DNA of 64,000 nt, from the NCBI RefSeq assembly GCF_964355755.1, contig NC_092679.1, positions 21,683,432 to 21,747,431 of the forward strand, written 5' to 3'. The notes under the pieces were generated by a model. That model did not search any database, was not told where the DNA came from, and worked only from the letters and a program-made list of their open reading frames with translations. Position 1 is the stretch's first letter; each line of letters begins with the position of its first letter. Shown here piece after piece: positions 1 to 31,542 of the stretch. Both the position numbers and the translations under genes were made by a program. This DNA comes from Antedon mediterranea. Taxonomy: Eukaryota > Animalia > Echinodermata.

Positions 1-108
1 ACTAGCCCCTGCATCACAGGGATTACCACCTGATAGGACAGTGATCAATAAACTATTGGTAATCCTTGGCCACATTTCCTAAAGACATAAATCGTTTAAA
101 ATTTCCAG

Positions 109-18914
<18,806 letters not shown>

Positions 18915-19917
18915 TCAAAAATTTAATTATTTCAGCAGATTACTATATTTCAGAGCTAGTGAAGCCATTGGTTTTTTAATTTTTTGGGGTGGGGGGTGGT
19001 GGGGATGTTGTTTCACAGAAAACACCGAGTATGGTGGAGGTTGTAGATTAGTTTTCAGACAGGGCTGTATTTAAATTGCCTGGTGGTAATTGAATTATAA
19101 TTAAATCCCAGTCTACACATAAGTTCTGTCTACACTATCAACTTTATGTGACAAAAAAATGTGATGTACCCATATATGGACATGATGATTTCATATCACT
19201 ACCATATGTGGGTACATCACACTTTTTTGTCAAACTAGTTTGATAGTGTATCAAAAGAATGTCTGAAATTGTATTATTTTTCAATTCATAAACGATACAA
19301 AAGCTTCTAACTGAATTTGACCTTTTTTTTTACCTTGTACAGTTTTTTTAATAATTATTTCTACTTCAAAATGAATTGATTGATAAGGAACAATTTCAAC
19401 AGAAATTAATTTCGGTGGCTGTAGATTGTAGTTATTTTTGATCAAACATCTTCCCAAAATAAATTTAAAATAAATATTCTAGCTAGGTATGTGTGTGCTA
19501 TAGAATATTACTAATCAACTGTACAAAAATTATACTGTAATAAAAATTATACAAAAACCATATCTTGAATGTATCATTTAATAATTTTTACATAATATGA
19601 TAAATGCAAGAAATAAGAAATGTAAATAACAATCTTTATAGTCCTAAAGCTTGGTTCCCACGACGGATACAATGACATCAGCACAACGCAAGTGAGTTGA
19701 GCATGTAGTATTTGATCAAATCACTTGTGCTCACATCCTTTCATTTAAGAAATGTCTTAAAACTTGTAAGCTTGGTTAAAACATTACTGTACACCAACCC
19801 AATACAGCATATATAGGTCACCCATTCAATACTGATCCAAATCCCTATATTTTACAGTTATTTCACTGTACCACCCCTATTAAAGGGACACTCCTATTCA
19901 GGGCACACACTTTACAA

Positions 19918-20020
19918 AGCTCTGTCTACACTTAAACGTAATGTGTCCATACAGAAAATGGACATGATGTCATATCACTACCATATTTAGGCAAATCACA
20001 CATTGAGTGTAGACAGAGCT
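19918..20020. mobile_element. Harbinger MITE family A short copy, nested in a Tc1/mariner-like MITE
   Basis: AGCTCTGTCTACACT...AGTGTAGACAGAGCT inside the GGGACA-rich repeat at ~19870-20053. Confidence 0.75.
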
Positions 20021-20140
20021 TAAGAATGTGTCCCTTAATAGACGTTCTACTGTATATCCATCCAGACACTTTGTTGTGTGGCTAAATGATGTCCATGGTA
20101 TCCACTTCTACAATTTGTTAATAATTTTCTAGGTTTTTCT

Positions 20141-20628
20141 TTAACTTAAAAGTTTCTTTTGTTGAGCTGCGACTAGACCTTCATTTTGTTGTATTTGATA
20201 TTCCTGAAAACGCTGTGAAATCCTCTGGGTCATTTTAAGGTATTTATCCATACATCTATTTGCACAAGATTTCTGAAAATTAAAAATATTTAAATCAATT
20301 AAGGGCTTTGTGGTCTATAAAGATGGTTGATACACTTTTTCTGCTTTTATTACTGTACCATACCTCACTATCTGTAACTTTGCGATTTGAAAAATCTTTT
20401 ACACAATCTAGAAAACAGCGTTCTGTTAATTGATTATATGATGATAAAAAATCCTTGAACTGTAACAAAAAAAAAATGGGTGAGCCTGAGGCAATTGAAA
20501 TTGTAATAATATCATAATTACGTAGTCATAACATCGGCTCACAAACAACATGCACTGCTAAACATGCTGATTTTTTTTACCTGTTTTATTTCCATTTGTT
20601 GCTGTTGCTGAAGTGCTGCTGTTGCCAT
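20141..20628 (-). CDS. TIMM9: Mitochondrial import inner membrane translocase subunit Tim9 (91 aa, 3 coding exons: 20628-20581, 20459-20364, 20272-20141)
   Basis: Manual minus-strand translation with GT-AG, phase-0 introns: [16 protein letters not shown]|[32 protein letters not shown]|[43 protein letters not shown]. Twin CX3C motif (CFLDC, CANRC) and the [15 protein letters not shown] signature of Tim9. Absent from the ORF track because each exon is under 60 aa. Confidence 0.95.
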
Positions 20629-21225
20629 TTTGTTATCAATTTATGAAACAAACTAAATTAGAAAAATATCCTAATAATATTTATGCGATTTTGATTCAAT
20701 ATCTTGCGTAAATATCATCAGCACAAAGCTGAAACCTGAAAAAAATAATTTAATAATAATAATTATCATATTATTGCCAATTGCTGGATTACTAATATTA
20801 GATGATCAGATACAAACAAGACCATATCAAATATTTTTTACAGCAGTAGCCTAGGCCTATCTTTTATGAAGGCTAAATCTACGACTAATTTCGGTTTGTG
20901 GTCCCCGACCTATATAGGCTATAGGCCTAAAACGGAAGACTAGGCCTAGACTCGCTCTCTCTACTCAGCAGCAGGGCCGTGTGGTTGCGGTTGTCATAAA
21001 TGCTAGCCTACCTACTACACCCTGTCTTGCTGGCCTAGCTAGCAGCATTATGAGGACTAGGCTAGGCATATGCCTACCTGTAACTCTTAGATTCGTTTAT
21101 GCAATCTCAGTGATACGAACAGTTACATATCAGTATAAAACGCCATTTAGTTTTCAAATAAACCAATAATTCATTACATTATTTCCGTTTTTACACAGCA
21201 AAAAAACATGTGAATTAAAAAATTT

Positions 21226-21404
21226 ACTTACAGTGGAGAAAATAAAAACAAACTAATTATTTACATGTTTGATCGACGAGGGCGCCCTTTGCAAACAGTA
21301 AACTGGGCAAAAAGGCATTAAATTTGAATAGCTGCAGCGCGACGACGAACTCTCTAAAAAGCACTTTTTAGTGTCTTATAAAATTAATTCATGGTTAAGT
21401 ACGT
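21226..21404. promoter_or_regulatory. Bidirectional promoter/first-exon zone between TIMM9 (-) and TALPID3 (+)
   Basis: Minus-strand donor GTAAGT at 21231-21226 and plus-strand donor GTACGT at 21399-21404 face away from each other ~170 bp apart. CpG-containing core (CGACGAGGGCGCC, GCGCGACGACG) and a CHR-like TTTGAA at 21323-21328. TSS positions are inferred. Confidence 0.55.
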
Positions 21405-21983
21405 AGTTATACTTTTATATTAACAACCTTGTTGTAGACAATGTTATATTATCCTAGTTAGAGGCCTATGTTAGTTAGAACGGCCTAACTAAACTTAGGG
21501 CCTATTATAGCATAGGCCTACTACTAGACTAGGCCCTAGAACTAGTAGTACTAGGCTACTACTATCTAGTACCCGCTAGGCCTACTCAGTCAGGCAGGGT
21601 GGGTCGTGACAATGACAAGACATGCATGATGAAGGTATCTCAATGGGAGATGGCCTAGACTACTAGACTAGAAGTTGCCTGGTCCTCTATTTCGCAAGTT
21701 AGTAGCCCTACGGTGTGTAGGTATAGGTAGGCCTACGGGCGGAAGCTGTATATCACGGTATAATTGCTACCCCCAGGCCTAGGTTCTGCTGGCTGGAAAG
21801 AAGCGGTTGGGATATACTATATTTTAGCCTACCTTTGGCCAATAGAATAGTTAAAATGTGTTTTTAGTTTTTCCCTACTCTATTTTATATGAATTACTTC
21901 TTAATCTTATAATTATATCATTATTTTATTGTAAAACTCTAGGCTTACTGGACCAACTTTAGCAATACGCATTGAAGAACAAT

Positions 21984-24879
21984 ATGGACACCCTTTCACT
22001 GAATAATTCAGCTGACGTCGGTAACCAAACATCAAACAGTTCTACAGCAAGTGAAATATTAATCAGGTCTACACAAATAAATCTTCCGTCGTATCCTGGC
22101 CATCAACTACCAACCAGCAGAAATATTGATACATCTGGATCCAGCCAATCTAGTAATGGTTCACAGCGTGTCAGGATCAAGGCTAAATATCTCAGAGAAG
22201 TGCCATCGCCATTTGACAATGCGGATAATGCTGTAGAAGAGCTGAGTATTCCTCCTGCCCTTGTTAGAGCTGCCACACCAAAAGATCCAACATTAGACAG
22301 AAGGGTGTCACCAGTTGATCGAGAGAGGCGATCACCAACGGAAAGAGCATCACCAGTTGACAACAGACTAAGGGTGCCATTGATAGATCAACCAGTGTCT
22401 TATGCTGTGTCGTCTGGACGGAATGTCTATGCAAATGAAGGTAACACATTGTGGAAAAGTTTCATCGGATTTCAATTAAATATATATAAATAATTTTTAG
22501 GTAAATCCTTATTTGGTCAGGTGGTCACTCCCTGTCCAAAACTCCTCCGGTAGACGAACATTTTAATTACAAACATATATAAGGATTTAGAACAATATTA
22601 ATTGATTATGTTGTTTGCTATTTGTAATAGTTTACTCCAAACTAAAAAAAATTGTGTGAGTTAAGTTCTTGTAATTTATAAACACCTTTGTATTTTTTAG
22701 GTGGTCATCATCGCCCCAATATAAAGGTATGTAAAGTGTTTGTCTTTCATTTCTTAAATGTTTTTATAAATTGTATCAAACTTTACCATAAAAGACAAAT
22801 GTCATGGCACAACATTTCTAAGTCATGTTTCAATTTAATTGTTTTTCATATTTTTTAAGGGTGCATCAGATTCAGTACTGGTTCAAGGACGACAAAACCA
22901 ACATCAGCTGTTCACTTGGCAACCACAATCAGATACCACTGTTGTTAAGATAACAAAGTATGAACCAGGTCAACGAAGGAAGGTCATAAAAGAAAGTCTT
23001 GGAAAAAAGTATGTCAGTTAAGTACCATATTTGGGCATATCACTACCATATTTGGGCACATCACAATGTTTTTGTCAAACTAGTTTGATAGTGTAGACAG
23101 AGCTTAAAAAATCATTTTTAATTTGTTTATGTTTACTCTTGTTAACCCCAAGTAATATATTTTTTCTCCTAAACTCTAGACAAGACAGCAAAGCCCCAAT
23201 CAAACGGTACATCCAGCCAAATTTTGTCAACCCCAAGTCTACAGGAAGTGAAAGCGATGGAGCTGCAAAGGTAGCCAATGATGTTACTACAGTAGCTGCG
23301 ATGACGGCTGCAGCTGTTGCAGCTACAGCTCCATTTCTCAAGGTAGTAACACCCCGTTTTTTATCTTTGATGTTTGTGAATGTGACACTTCTTTAGTGCA
23401 ACTAATTGGCTAATTATGTGCTCTGTCCATCTTTTATTAGAATACATAGCGCCCTCTATATCAACTGAAATTATTATAACGCCATCTATTATTTGGTCAT
23501 GCTTTTATAAAGTTACCCCACATTTAATGTTTCAAACTTGGAACCTCTAGAATATACCTTCTCTTTTGGCCCCTGCTTTGTATTAAAGTTACCAAAAATG
23601 TCATTATTACAACTTGGACCCTCTCTGAAATATACCTTTTTAAAGCTTTGTCTACACTATCAAACTAGTTTGACAAAAAAAGTGTGATGTGTCCAAATAT
23701 GCTGGTGACATACCAAAATATGGTAGTGATATGACAATCATCATGTCCATATATGGACACATCACATTTTGTTGTCAAATAAAGTTTAATAGTGTAGACA
23801 GAACAACTAGTCATCTAAAGATCTTGTGCTCTGTTTTATGTTATGTTAATTCTGTTTAAAATCATATTTTATTTACATCTAGTCCCAGTCAGACTTGGAG
23901 ATAAAAATTAATGGAATACTAGAAAAATTAAACTCGCTCAAAAATCCAGTTATAAAAGAACAACCTTCATCAAAGACTGACAATGACATTGAGAGAAGGT
24001 TGCACGAAATGGCAGATGTCCGTCTACAACAGATGGAAAGAATTCAACAACAGCAATTGGAATGGCAGGTATGTTGTTTGATATTGGTCAGATGTTTTTG
24101 TATATTGAGAACATCATAAAAGATTTTGCGAGTAATTCTCGAGTGAGAATCGAACCCTGAACACCTGACCAATTACTCAACTCCCTGACCGCAGAGCTAC
24201 TAATTAGTTAATTATCATCTTGTTTGATATTCATTGATATATCAGCTGAATTGTTATCTGGTTATCCCTCATATTTGTTTCTTTATTACCTCTTACGTTT
24301 TATTTTAAAGACACGATTGATGACACAAATGCCAACAAATGTTGATCACAACCAAAACTATTACACCAATACCGAACCATCTACGCAATCTCACCGCTAC
24401 CCAGCTCCCAATATACATTCTGCCATCACGGTACCAAGCCATCTCAACCCTACAGGATCAAGAGACTACATGGTACCAGACAACCAACCACCGCCGGTAG
24501 TGAAGTACCAACTGGCAACACCGATACCAGAACCAACGAAAAAGACAATGATTCGAAATACACACTCGACGCAGACGTCACCTCTTGACACTCCAGCGCC
24601 AAGGAGAAGACCGCCTCTCCCGATATCCAAAGACTTACAACCACGTACAAGTTCGTAAAAATTATAAAATATCATTTTATTTAATACCTCAACTGAGACA
24701 AAAATTTCATAATTTCAGGCTGATGACAAAAGTTTCATAATCTTCAATATTTTTTTAAAAGGTCGAGGTCTATTAGAAGAAATATTACGGAAAGATGCTG
24801 TGGGTAATGATTCGGTCCAAGAAATCAATGAATCCAAGGATGGCAGTCCTCAATTAAACCACAATAAATACATGCAAAA
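21984..24879 (+). CDS. KIAA0586: TALPID3 (KIAA0586) centriolar/ciliogenesis protein, N-terminal part only
   Basis: Exons 21984-22440, 22701-22726 (26 nt), 22860-23008, 23180-23342, 23883-24068, 24311-~24650 (donor ambiguous), 24762-24879. Spliced product contains TTVAAMTAAAVAATAPFLK|SQSDLEIKIN, LQQMERIQQQQLEWQ, SPLDTPAPRRRPPLPISKD and LLEEIL, matching the TALPID3 motifs I recall ([39 protein letters not shown]). Ends at donor GTAAGT 24880 without a stop codon. Confidence 0.85.
23644..23803. mobile_element. Harbinger MITE family A copy in a TALPID3 intron
   Basis: AGCTTTGTCTACACTATCAAACT ... AGTGTAGACAGA. Confidence 0.8.
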
Positions 24880-25313
24880 GTAAGTACAACTTTGTCTATG
24901 TCAGTTTTATGAAATTTGTATTATGTATAGATTGAAACATTTTTAATAGCGAAAATAAAACAAACAATTGAATGTTTTTCTTTAAAATTTATTATAATTT
25001 ACTATGTGAGGTGTATCAGCTGTTTGTATTGCATGTCAGCTGTTTCATTTTCACAAGAACAGTTTTGGTTTATAAAGCAATCGAATCTATATTCACTCGC
25101 TTCTTTGTCTATCAAAGTTAAGCATTTGGTTTGAGTTGGTCTGCGTTCGAACGTAACATAACGCTTCTTTGGATTTACTTCTTTAACCTATCGGAGTTAT
25201 GTCGGAGGTACATCAGAGTTATATTGGAGTTAACTAGTTCTATGCACGCTTAACTCCAGTGTGTTTAGACACACTTATACTAAGATTAGAACCAAATAAA
25301 AAAATAAAGATAA

Positions 25314-25417
25314 AGCCCTGTCTACACTATTAAACTTTATGTGACATGATGATGTCATATAACTACCATATTTAGACACTTTTTTTGTCAAACTAATTTG
25401 ATAGTGTAGACAGAGCT
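25314..25417. mobile_element. Harbinger MITE family A short copy
   Basis: AGCCCTGTCTACACTA ... TAGTGTAGACAGAGCT. Confidence 0.75.
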
Positions 25418-26171
25418 TATAGGCTGACAGCGCCTTGAAATAAAAGTTCACAGAAGAGCAAATGAGAAAGCCAACATACTGAAACATGTGAGCTAGTGTA
25501 TAAAATCCTTCACAGGTAGGCAAGCGGTTGGACTATACCATTTTCATAAATAAAAAGTACAGCAATCTTTGAAGTGAGCCCTCTACACTTATACTTTTGT
25601 ACTGGTATTCTGTACAGCGTATTCAATCCACAACTATAAATACAAATTTTTGTCACATATTTGATTTATACAGTATTACAATACAGCATATTTCATACAT
25701 TTCTCTGAAAAACCAAGAGTTATTTACCAAAATAAACTGCAAATAAGGCCACCTGAAAAGAAAAAAGTTGTCAAAATATCCGAGTACAATTTCTACAAAT
25801 AGCTTTGAAATGAGACTTTCCCAAAAATCAGAGAAGCTATTTCTGATTCGGATCAAAAAAATTGTTTTCTGACCCTAATTAATAAATTATACATAATAGG
25901 AAACTTTACAAATGAGAACAATTGCCAGTTTATGGAGGTGGAGTTTAGTGTGTGAGAAAGTAAAGTACGTAAATAAATAGTTCAGTGGAGCTTCGCTTGG
26001 TACTGGGTTCAAATCATGTCGATTTGCGTAGATGTTTATGAAGAAAACCTGCGACATTTTTGCAGTGAATTGATTGGGATAGCGTAAACAAAATCTCCCA
26101 ATTGGCAAAAAGAGATAATGTGCAGGGGAAAATCTTTAAGCTCAGATTAGACAAGAAATATTTCTTACTTA

Positions 26172-26346
26172 AGCGTGGTTCCCACTAGCGACGCAACACA
26201 AGGACGTAACGCAACGCAAGTGAATTGACCACAAGCGATGGCTTATTCGCTTGTGGTTGCTAACTGTCTATAACTTTGCTTGTCATTGGTTAAAACGCTT
26301 GCGTTGCGTTTACGTCCTTGCGTTACGTTCTAGTGGGAACCAAGCT
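26172..26346. mobile_element. Harbinger-type MITE, family B (TIR AGCTTGGTTCCCACTAG)
   Basis: Near-palindromic element AGCGTGGTTCCCACTAG...CTAGTGGGAACCAAGCT with TTA TSD; partial copies at ~19648-19780, ~28880-28945 and an internal piece at ~13415-13505. Confidence 0.8.
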
Positions 26347-28433
26347 TTACAAACGACTTGACTTTTTGACGTAACAAAGTTATTGTTATTTCTTCATTAA
26401 TATGCTTTTTGATTGATATTCTATTTAATAATTTTAGAAAATAATGAATTTTTGTAGTTTAATTGTAATACTGTATAATGAGTATTAAACATTTTGTGGA
26501 TCGTAAATATAGTCTGAAATGAACAAAGACTGTGTTACAAATTCCCATTTTTCGGCCGTAGTAAACTATAAGCTTCCACTTGATAAAGTTTCCTAATGCT
26601 TTCGTCCTCTGGAGAAGTAACTGCCTAAAGGCGCGGTGCGAAAAAATGGTTGAAAACGCATTACTAATACTGTAGATAAAAATAAACATTGGGCGTATAG
26701 ATATAATATTACATTACATGTGTAATCGTTGTAAATTCCCAGTTATTACATTGTTTTCTTACTATTCAATACCATTTTATAGTTTACACTACTACTTGTG
26801 TGGTATGTAGAAATTGTATTTGAAACTAAAACTGTATTTAAGTTTCTCTATTTCCATTGTGTTGCTTTACATCGATTACTCAGATCATATGGCCCATTTG
26901 TTTCCTGTTAAATAACCCCAACATAACAATTGAATATTAGCAACACAATTAGGGAATATACGTCTGACTGACCTAGTTAATTTTTTCCGTTTCCCATGTG
27001 TGGATATGACTGTGAATAAAATCACGCGCGGATGTGACGTTGCAAGAGTTGTATACGTAACATATCGGCTGTCACTGTTGACAATGTCACCGTACGTACC
27101 ATCGCACGTTGATGCTAGTTCCAGCCGTGAAATATTGTTTCTACGTGAGAAAATTTGCGTAAAATTTATAAAATCCTCCCCCAACAAATTCTATGGTTGC
27201 GTCACTGCGTGAATGAGAGGCAGTATATGTTTTAATTCCAGTTATTCAAGGGACACTCCTATTAAGGGGACACTTTATTGAGTCCACTTGGTAGAGATTC
27301 TATTTATACAAGAGACCGTATCTAATAACTAGAAACCGTCCTATATAGGCCATAATCGAAAGTTTTACAACAGCTGGGTATTTTAAAGACTTCGATCAAA
27401 ATATTTCCTATTTCTAAATTCTAGGCATGTTAAAAATATCCACGATCCTATTATTGGTTAATCGTGACTGAGTCAATCACCTAACTTCGATCAAATACAT
27501 CTGTCGGGCTAGGTTTTGATTCTTTACGGCTGCATTCATGTTTTATTGGTCTCTAATATGTATGTATTTAATATGTTATAACCATCTCGTCGCACCTGCC
27601 TTGGGACGTTAACCCACCTTGATTTATTATCCGCTCCCACACAGTCCCAAGGTATTTAATAACCCGTTCATTAATTTTAATAAAGTGTGTACGGGGAAAA
27701 TAAACACGAAAAACGCAATGGTATGGTATTGGTGGTATATTTACATACAGACGTGTATATATTTATAAAAGCATACATTGTGGGTATTATGAAGTGTTGT
27801 GATGCTATTTAACTCTCTAGGGACGCACAGTCATGTTGATGCGTGCATGGAGGTATATACCTGCATGATGCGTCCTAAAATAATAATGTCGATATGTCCT
27901 TGACAAAAAATGCATCAAAAACATTGCACCCAAAATTATTTAGTACTAGAACATTACAGAAGCCCTACTCATCCCAGGGCGTTTACATTTATTTTAATAG
28001 GCCGTAGTAATAATAATTCTACTATAGGTCGTATGTATTTTGTATGAGGATCTACGTATTTTTAATTATAGTTCCGTGGAATTGTAGAGTACTGTAATAT
28101 CGTAGAAAAGCACTTAATGAAATGTCATTTAAACAGATTATGGCGTGGGTGTACGGCTTTGCAAATCACAAGGTACTTGAGTCTATGAATTTTAAAATTA
28201 AATAACCGCACAATCGTGATTTTTTTGCTTATTAACATATGATTATTACTACAAGTGGATATGGTACTAAAAAACACTTTATTTAATTAATAAATAGCAC
28301 AGTAGTAGGTAGGAATGTGTATTTGTTAAAATTAAACCGTTTGGTCTGATTTTGAACCATCTGGTACGATATTAATAAGTCCACTCATTATATTTCCTTG
28401 ATAAGAGAAGATAGACACACTAGTGGGGCCCAT

Positions 28434-28695
28434 TTAGACTTATTTACCCGGGTACGTTGGTTCCTATCCACCTGAACGCCAACGGTAAGCGGAAAACCGC
28501 GTAGATTGTCGCGCGTAGAATCTGTTTATCTATCGTGAGCGGAAACCACCCGTTCGCGCCGCGTTATGTGTAAATGGTCATAAGGAATAACATAGATTCT
28601 ATATTTTTATTACCGTAACCGCTCGTCTGTGTAAATTGGTCTAAGTTAGCGATAACTGTCATAAAACGAACTTACCCGGTTAAATAGCTAAGCCC
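28434..28695. mobile_element. Composite dispersed repeat: TTATTTACCCGG inverted-repeat element carrying an insert of a second repeat family
   Basis: Ends TTATTTACCCGGGTA...TACCCGGTTAAATAGCTAA also bound a shorter copy at ~11826-11905; the interior (28480-28640) matches ~12765-13020, where an ~86-bp part is tandemly duplicated. Confidence 0.55.
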
Positions 28696-29549
28696 GGACG
28701 CACGAGTCGATTTGCAGATTCAAGGTGGCCCAACTTACCCACACCTTACATTTTGATAAATACAATAAAATAGATTAAGATGAAAATATTAAAAGTTCCA
28801 AGGCGCAATACCATTACATGACCAACCACTGCCAGATGCGTGAAAAAATGAAAAAAATTGATACATGCTCGGTCGCGCCTTTCAATTGTGATTGGTCAAT
28901 CATTGCGTCTACGTCGTTGCGTAGCGTACCAGTGGGAACCAATCTTTAACCCAATATTGATCCTAGCACTAAATAAAAGAAGATTTCATATCGATTTTTA
29001 TGATTAGTATTGCTAAATACAACTAATGTTACTTCTTTAAATTAAAATACCATCTCGTTGGACAGCGAATGAAAGAAACAAATTACCGAAGGAAGTAGGT
29101 TTATTTTGTTAGTTATTTTATCTTTCAAATATTCTCATTGTTTGGATGCGTTCATTGGAAATACGAGACAACACACGATGTTTGTTAGTTTATCAGATTT
29201 ATACGCGTAAATGAGTTTTTAAATTGGAAACATCATAACGAGTAATATGATGCCATTATTACCTTGTCTTTGAAGTATATGAGATGTAGTAGTAGTAGTT
29301 CAGAAATAGCTTGGAATGAAACTCAATATACTTTGTAGGTAATACACATCTTACACGTGAGTAGACAACACAAACAAACACGATAGTATTGATACTAGTT
29401 TCGATTCCGTTAATTCCTTAACAAATTCACATTACGTATTTGTGAAACTTAAATTAGACTATAAACATGTATACTTTGCTCTTCATTTTACTTTCGTAAA
29501 CTAACTTCACAAAATAAAAATAGTGTTAACCAAAAAGCTATTTCAAGTA

Positions 29550-29797
29550 GTACGAGTTATGTTCCACTTGAGTGCGTTAAATGCGAGATCTGTTCCACTT
29601 GAGTGCGTCAGGTGCGAGTTTTGTTCCACTTCAGTGCGTCAGATGTGAGATCTGTTCCACTTGAGTGCGTCAGGTGCGAGGTTTGTTCCACTTGAGTGCA
29701 TCAGATACTAGGTTTGTTCCACTTCAGTGCGTCAGGTGGGAATTTTGTTCCGCATGAGTACGTCAGGTGTGAGTTTTGTTTCACGACGAGTGCGTCC
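29550..29797 (+). repeat. 31-bp minisatellite, ~8 units
   Basis: Unit GTTCCACTTGAGTGCGTCAGGTGCGAGTTTT starting at 29561, 29592, 29623, 29654, 29685, 29716, 29747, 29778. Confidence 0.9.
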
Positions 29798-30759
29798 TAT
29801 AGTTTTCAATTGCACCATACTAAGAAAGTAAAGTTATTTAATCATTACTACTAAATTTATAAATAAAATTGTCAAAATAAACACCAAATCTCTGTCTTAA
29901 CACGTATTCGCAAGTACCACGTGGTTTAAACGAGTACTGGATTAATTTTGGGCAATCATGAAATGAAGTGATCCAGGCTATAAAACGTGTTCATTCCATA
30001 CACGTATAGCAACAATTTAAACGGTAATTATTCGAGCTCTAAATGTATCGTTATGAGTTCCTGAGAATGTGACATCATTTGTACAGTAAATCGATAAACT
30101 TCCTTTCTCGTAAACCGCACGTGACGCGAATTGACCATTATCAAACTATTAAGTATTATTGGGGTTCGTGACGTTTCTATATCTTCGTACAATCCTTTGT
30201 AGCATATACTTACAGCCTAAGTACCACTTGTATTATAATACGTAGAAGGTCTAATAATAATTCTGCTACAGGTAATGTGTGAAAAGTTGGTAGGCCTACA
30301 GTATGGAACGCACATTATTTAATTGTTGCGTCAATCGCGTTTCATAGTGACTACTGTACAGATAGTTTACTATGCACAGTATTGAGTTACTCATGCATCA
30401 TTTTAGTAGACATAAGCTAACGTGATACGTCTCATGTCATTCATAAAGTATAATATGCTAGCTTTAAAATACGGGGCGCCGGTTGGGACATTGCAAATTA
30501 TTTAAACATAATAAACATTCTTTTTATAAATGGCTTCTTCAGTTAAAATACGGGGTTTTATGAGCTTTACTCCGTGACTATTATGACGTTATGGCCTAAA
30601 TTAATTTAAAATAGTTTTGATTAATACTTTCACCTTTCGGAACAAATCATCATTTCTTTTTATCTTTTGTTTATTCAGTTTTCAATTCTACGCTTTCACC
30701 CCTAGTAGCGGCAACCCCGGCGGCAACTCATCACGTCTCTCATGTTTCCCCACCCGGCC

Positions 30760-31542
30760 GCGATTTTTTTTTTCGTACATAAGTTGGGGACCCTCTCATG
30801 AAACGTCACAAAATAAACATGAATAATTCATCAGTTAAATTTTCTTGTTCCGTGTGCACCCAAGCGTATAGCAACAAGAAGTGATTACAGTAGTTTACAC
30901 AAGTGCGGTACGATTCTAGGCCTATCTCCGCTGTGGTTGCCGCGTGCGATTTCATAATAGAATAGCGGCGTTTTGTGTGGATTGTCGAAATAATCAGCCT
31001 TTAGTTTATGGTGTGTTTAATATAATTTATTACTAAAGAATTACGTGTTAAAATTATAGTTTCTATTGATATTATTTAGGCCTAATTACTATTCTCTAAA
31101 CCCATGTCTATTCTAGTAGTAGCTGTGTTGGTGTGTGTGACGTGTGTGTTAGAGTCAGCAAAATTAAACAATATTTTATTTATTTATTTTACACAAATTA
31201 TACACATTCTTTATTCTTGTGGGTCTAAGCTTTCTTTGGGCTATGTCCAATGAATTACTACTTAGTGTAATGTCTTGCCTAGCTGTCGATTAGCCTCTAC
31301 TCGACACATTTTGCATAGTGGTGTGTGTGTGTATGAAGAAGAGTGCGCGAAGGCAATCACGTGAATTGACTTAGAATCCTAGGCCTACTGTAAAAGTATC
31401 GTATCGCAGTTGTGTAATCACTTCTTGTTGCTATACGCTTGGGTGCACACGGAACAAGAAAATTTAACTGATGAATTATTCATGTTTATTTTGTGACGTT
31501 TCATAAGGGGGTCCCCAACTTATGTACGAAAAAAAAAATCGC
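30760..31542. mobile_element. Non-autonomous Mutator-like element (MULE), 783 bp
   Basis: ~130-bp near-perfect terminal inverted repeats (GCGATTTTTTTTTTCGTACATAAGTTGGGGACCC...), extending imperfectly to ~160 bp; perfect 9-bp TSD CACCCGGCC at 30751-30759 and 31543-31551. Confidence 0.88.

Noticed and set aside
29550-29797. CRISPR-like regularly spaced repeats
   Set aside because: Units are contiguous with no unique spacers, there are no cas genes, and the context is eukaryotic; it is a minisatellite.
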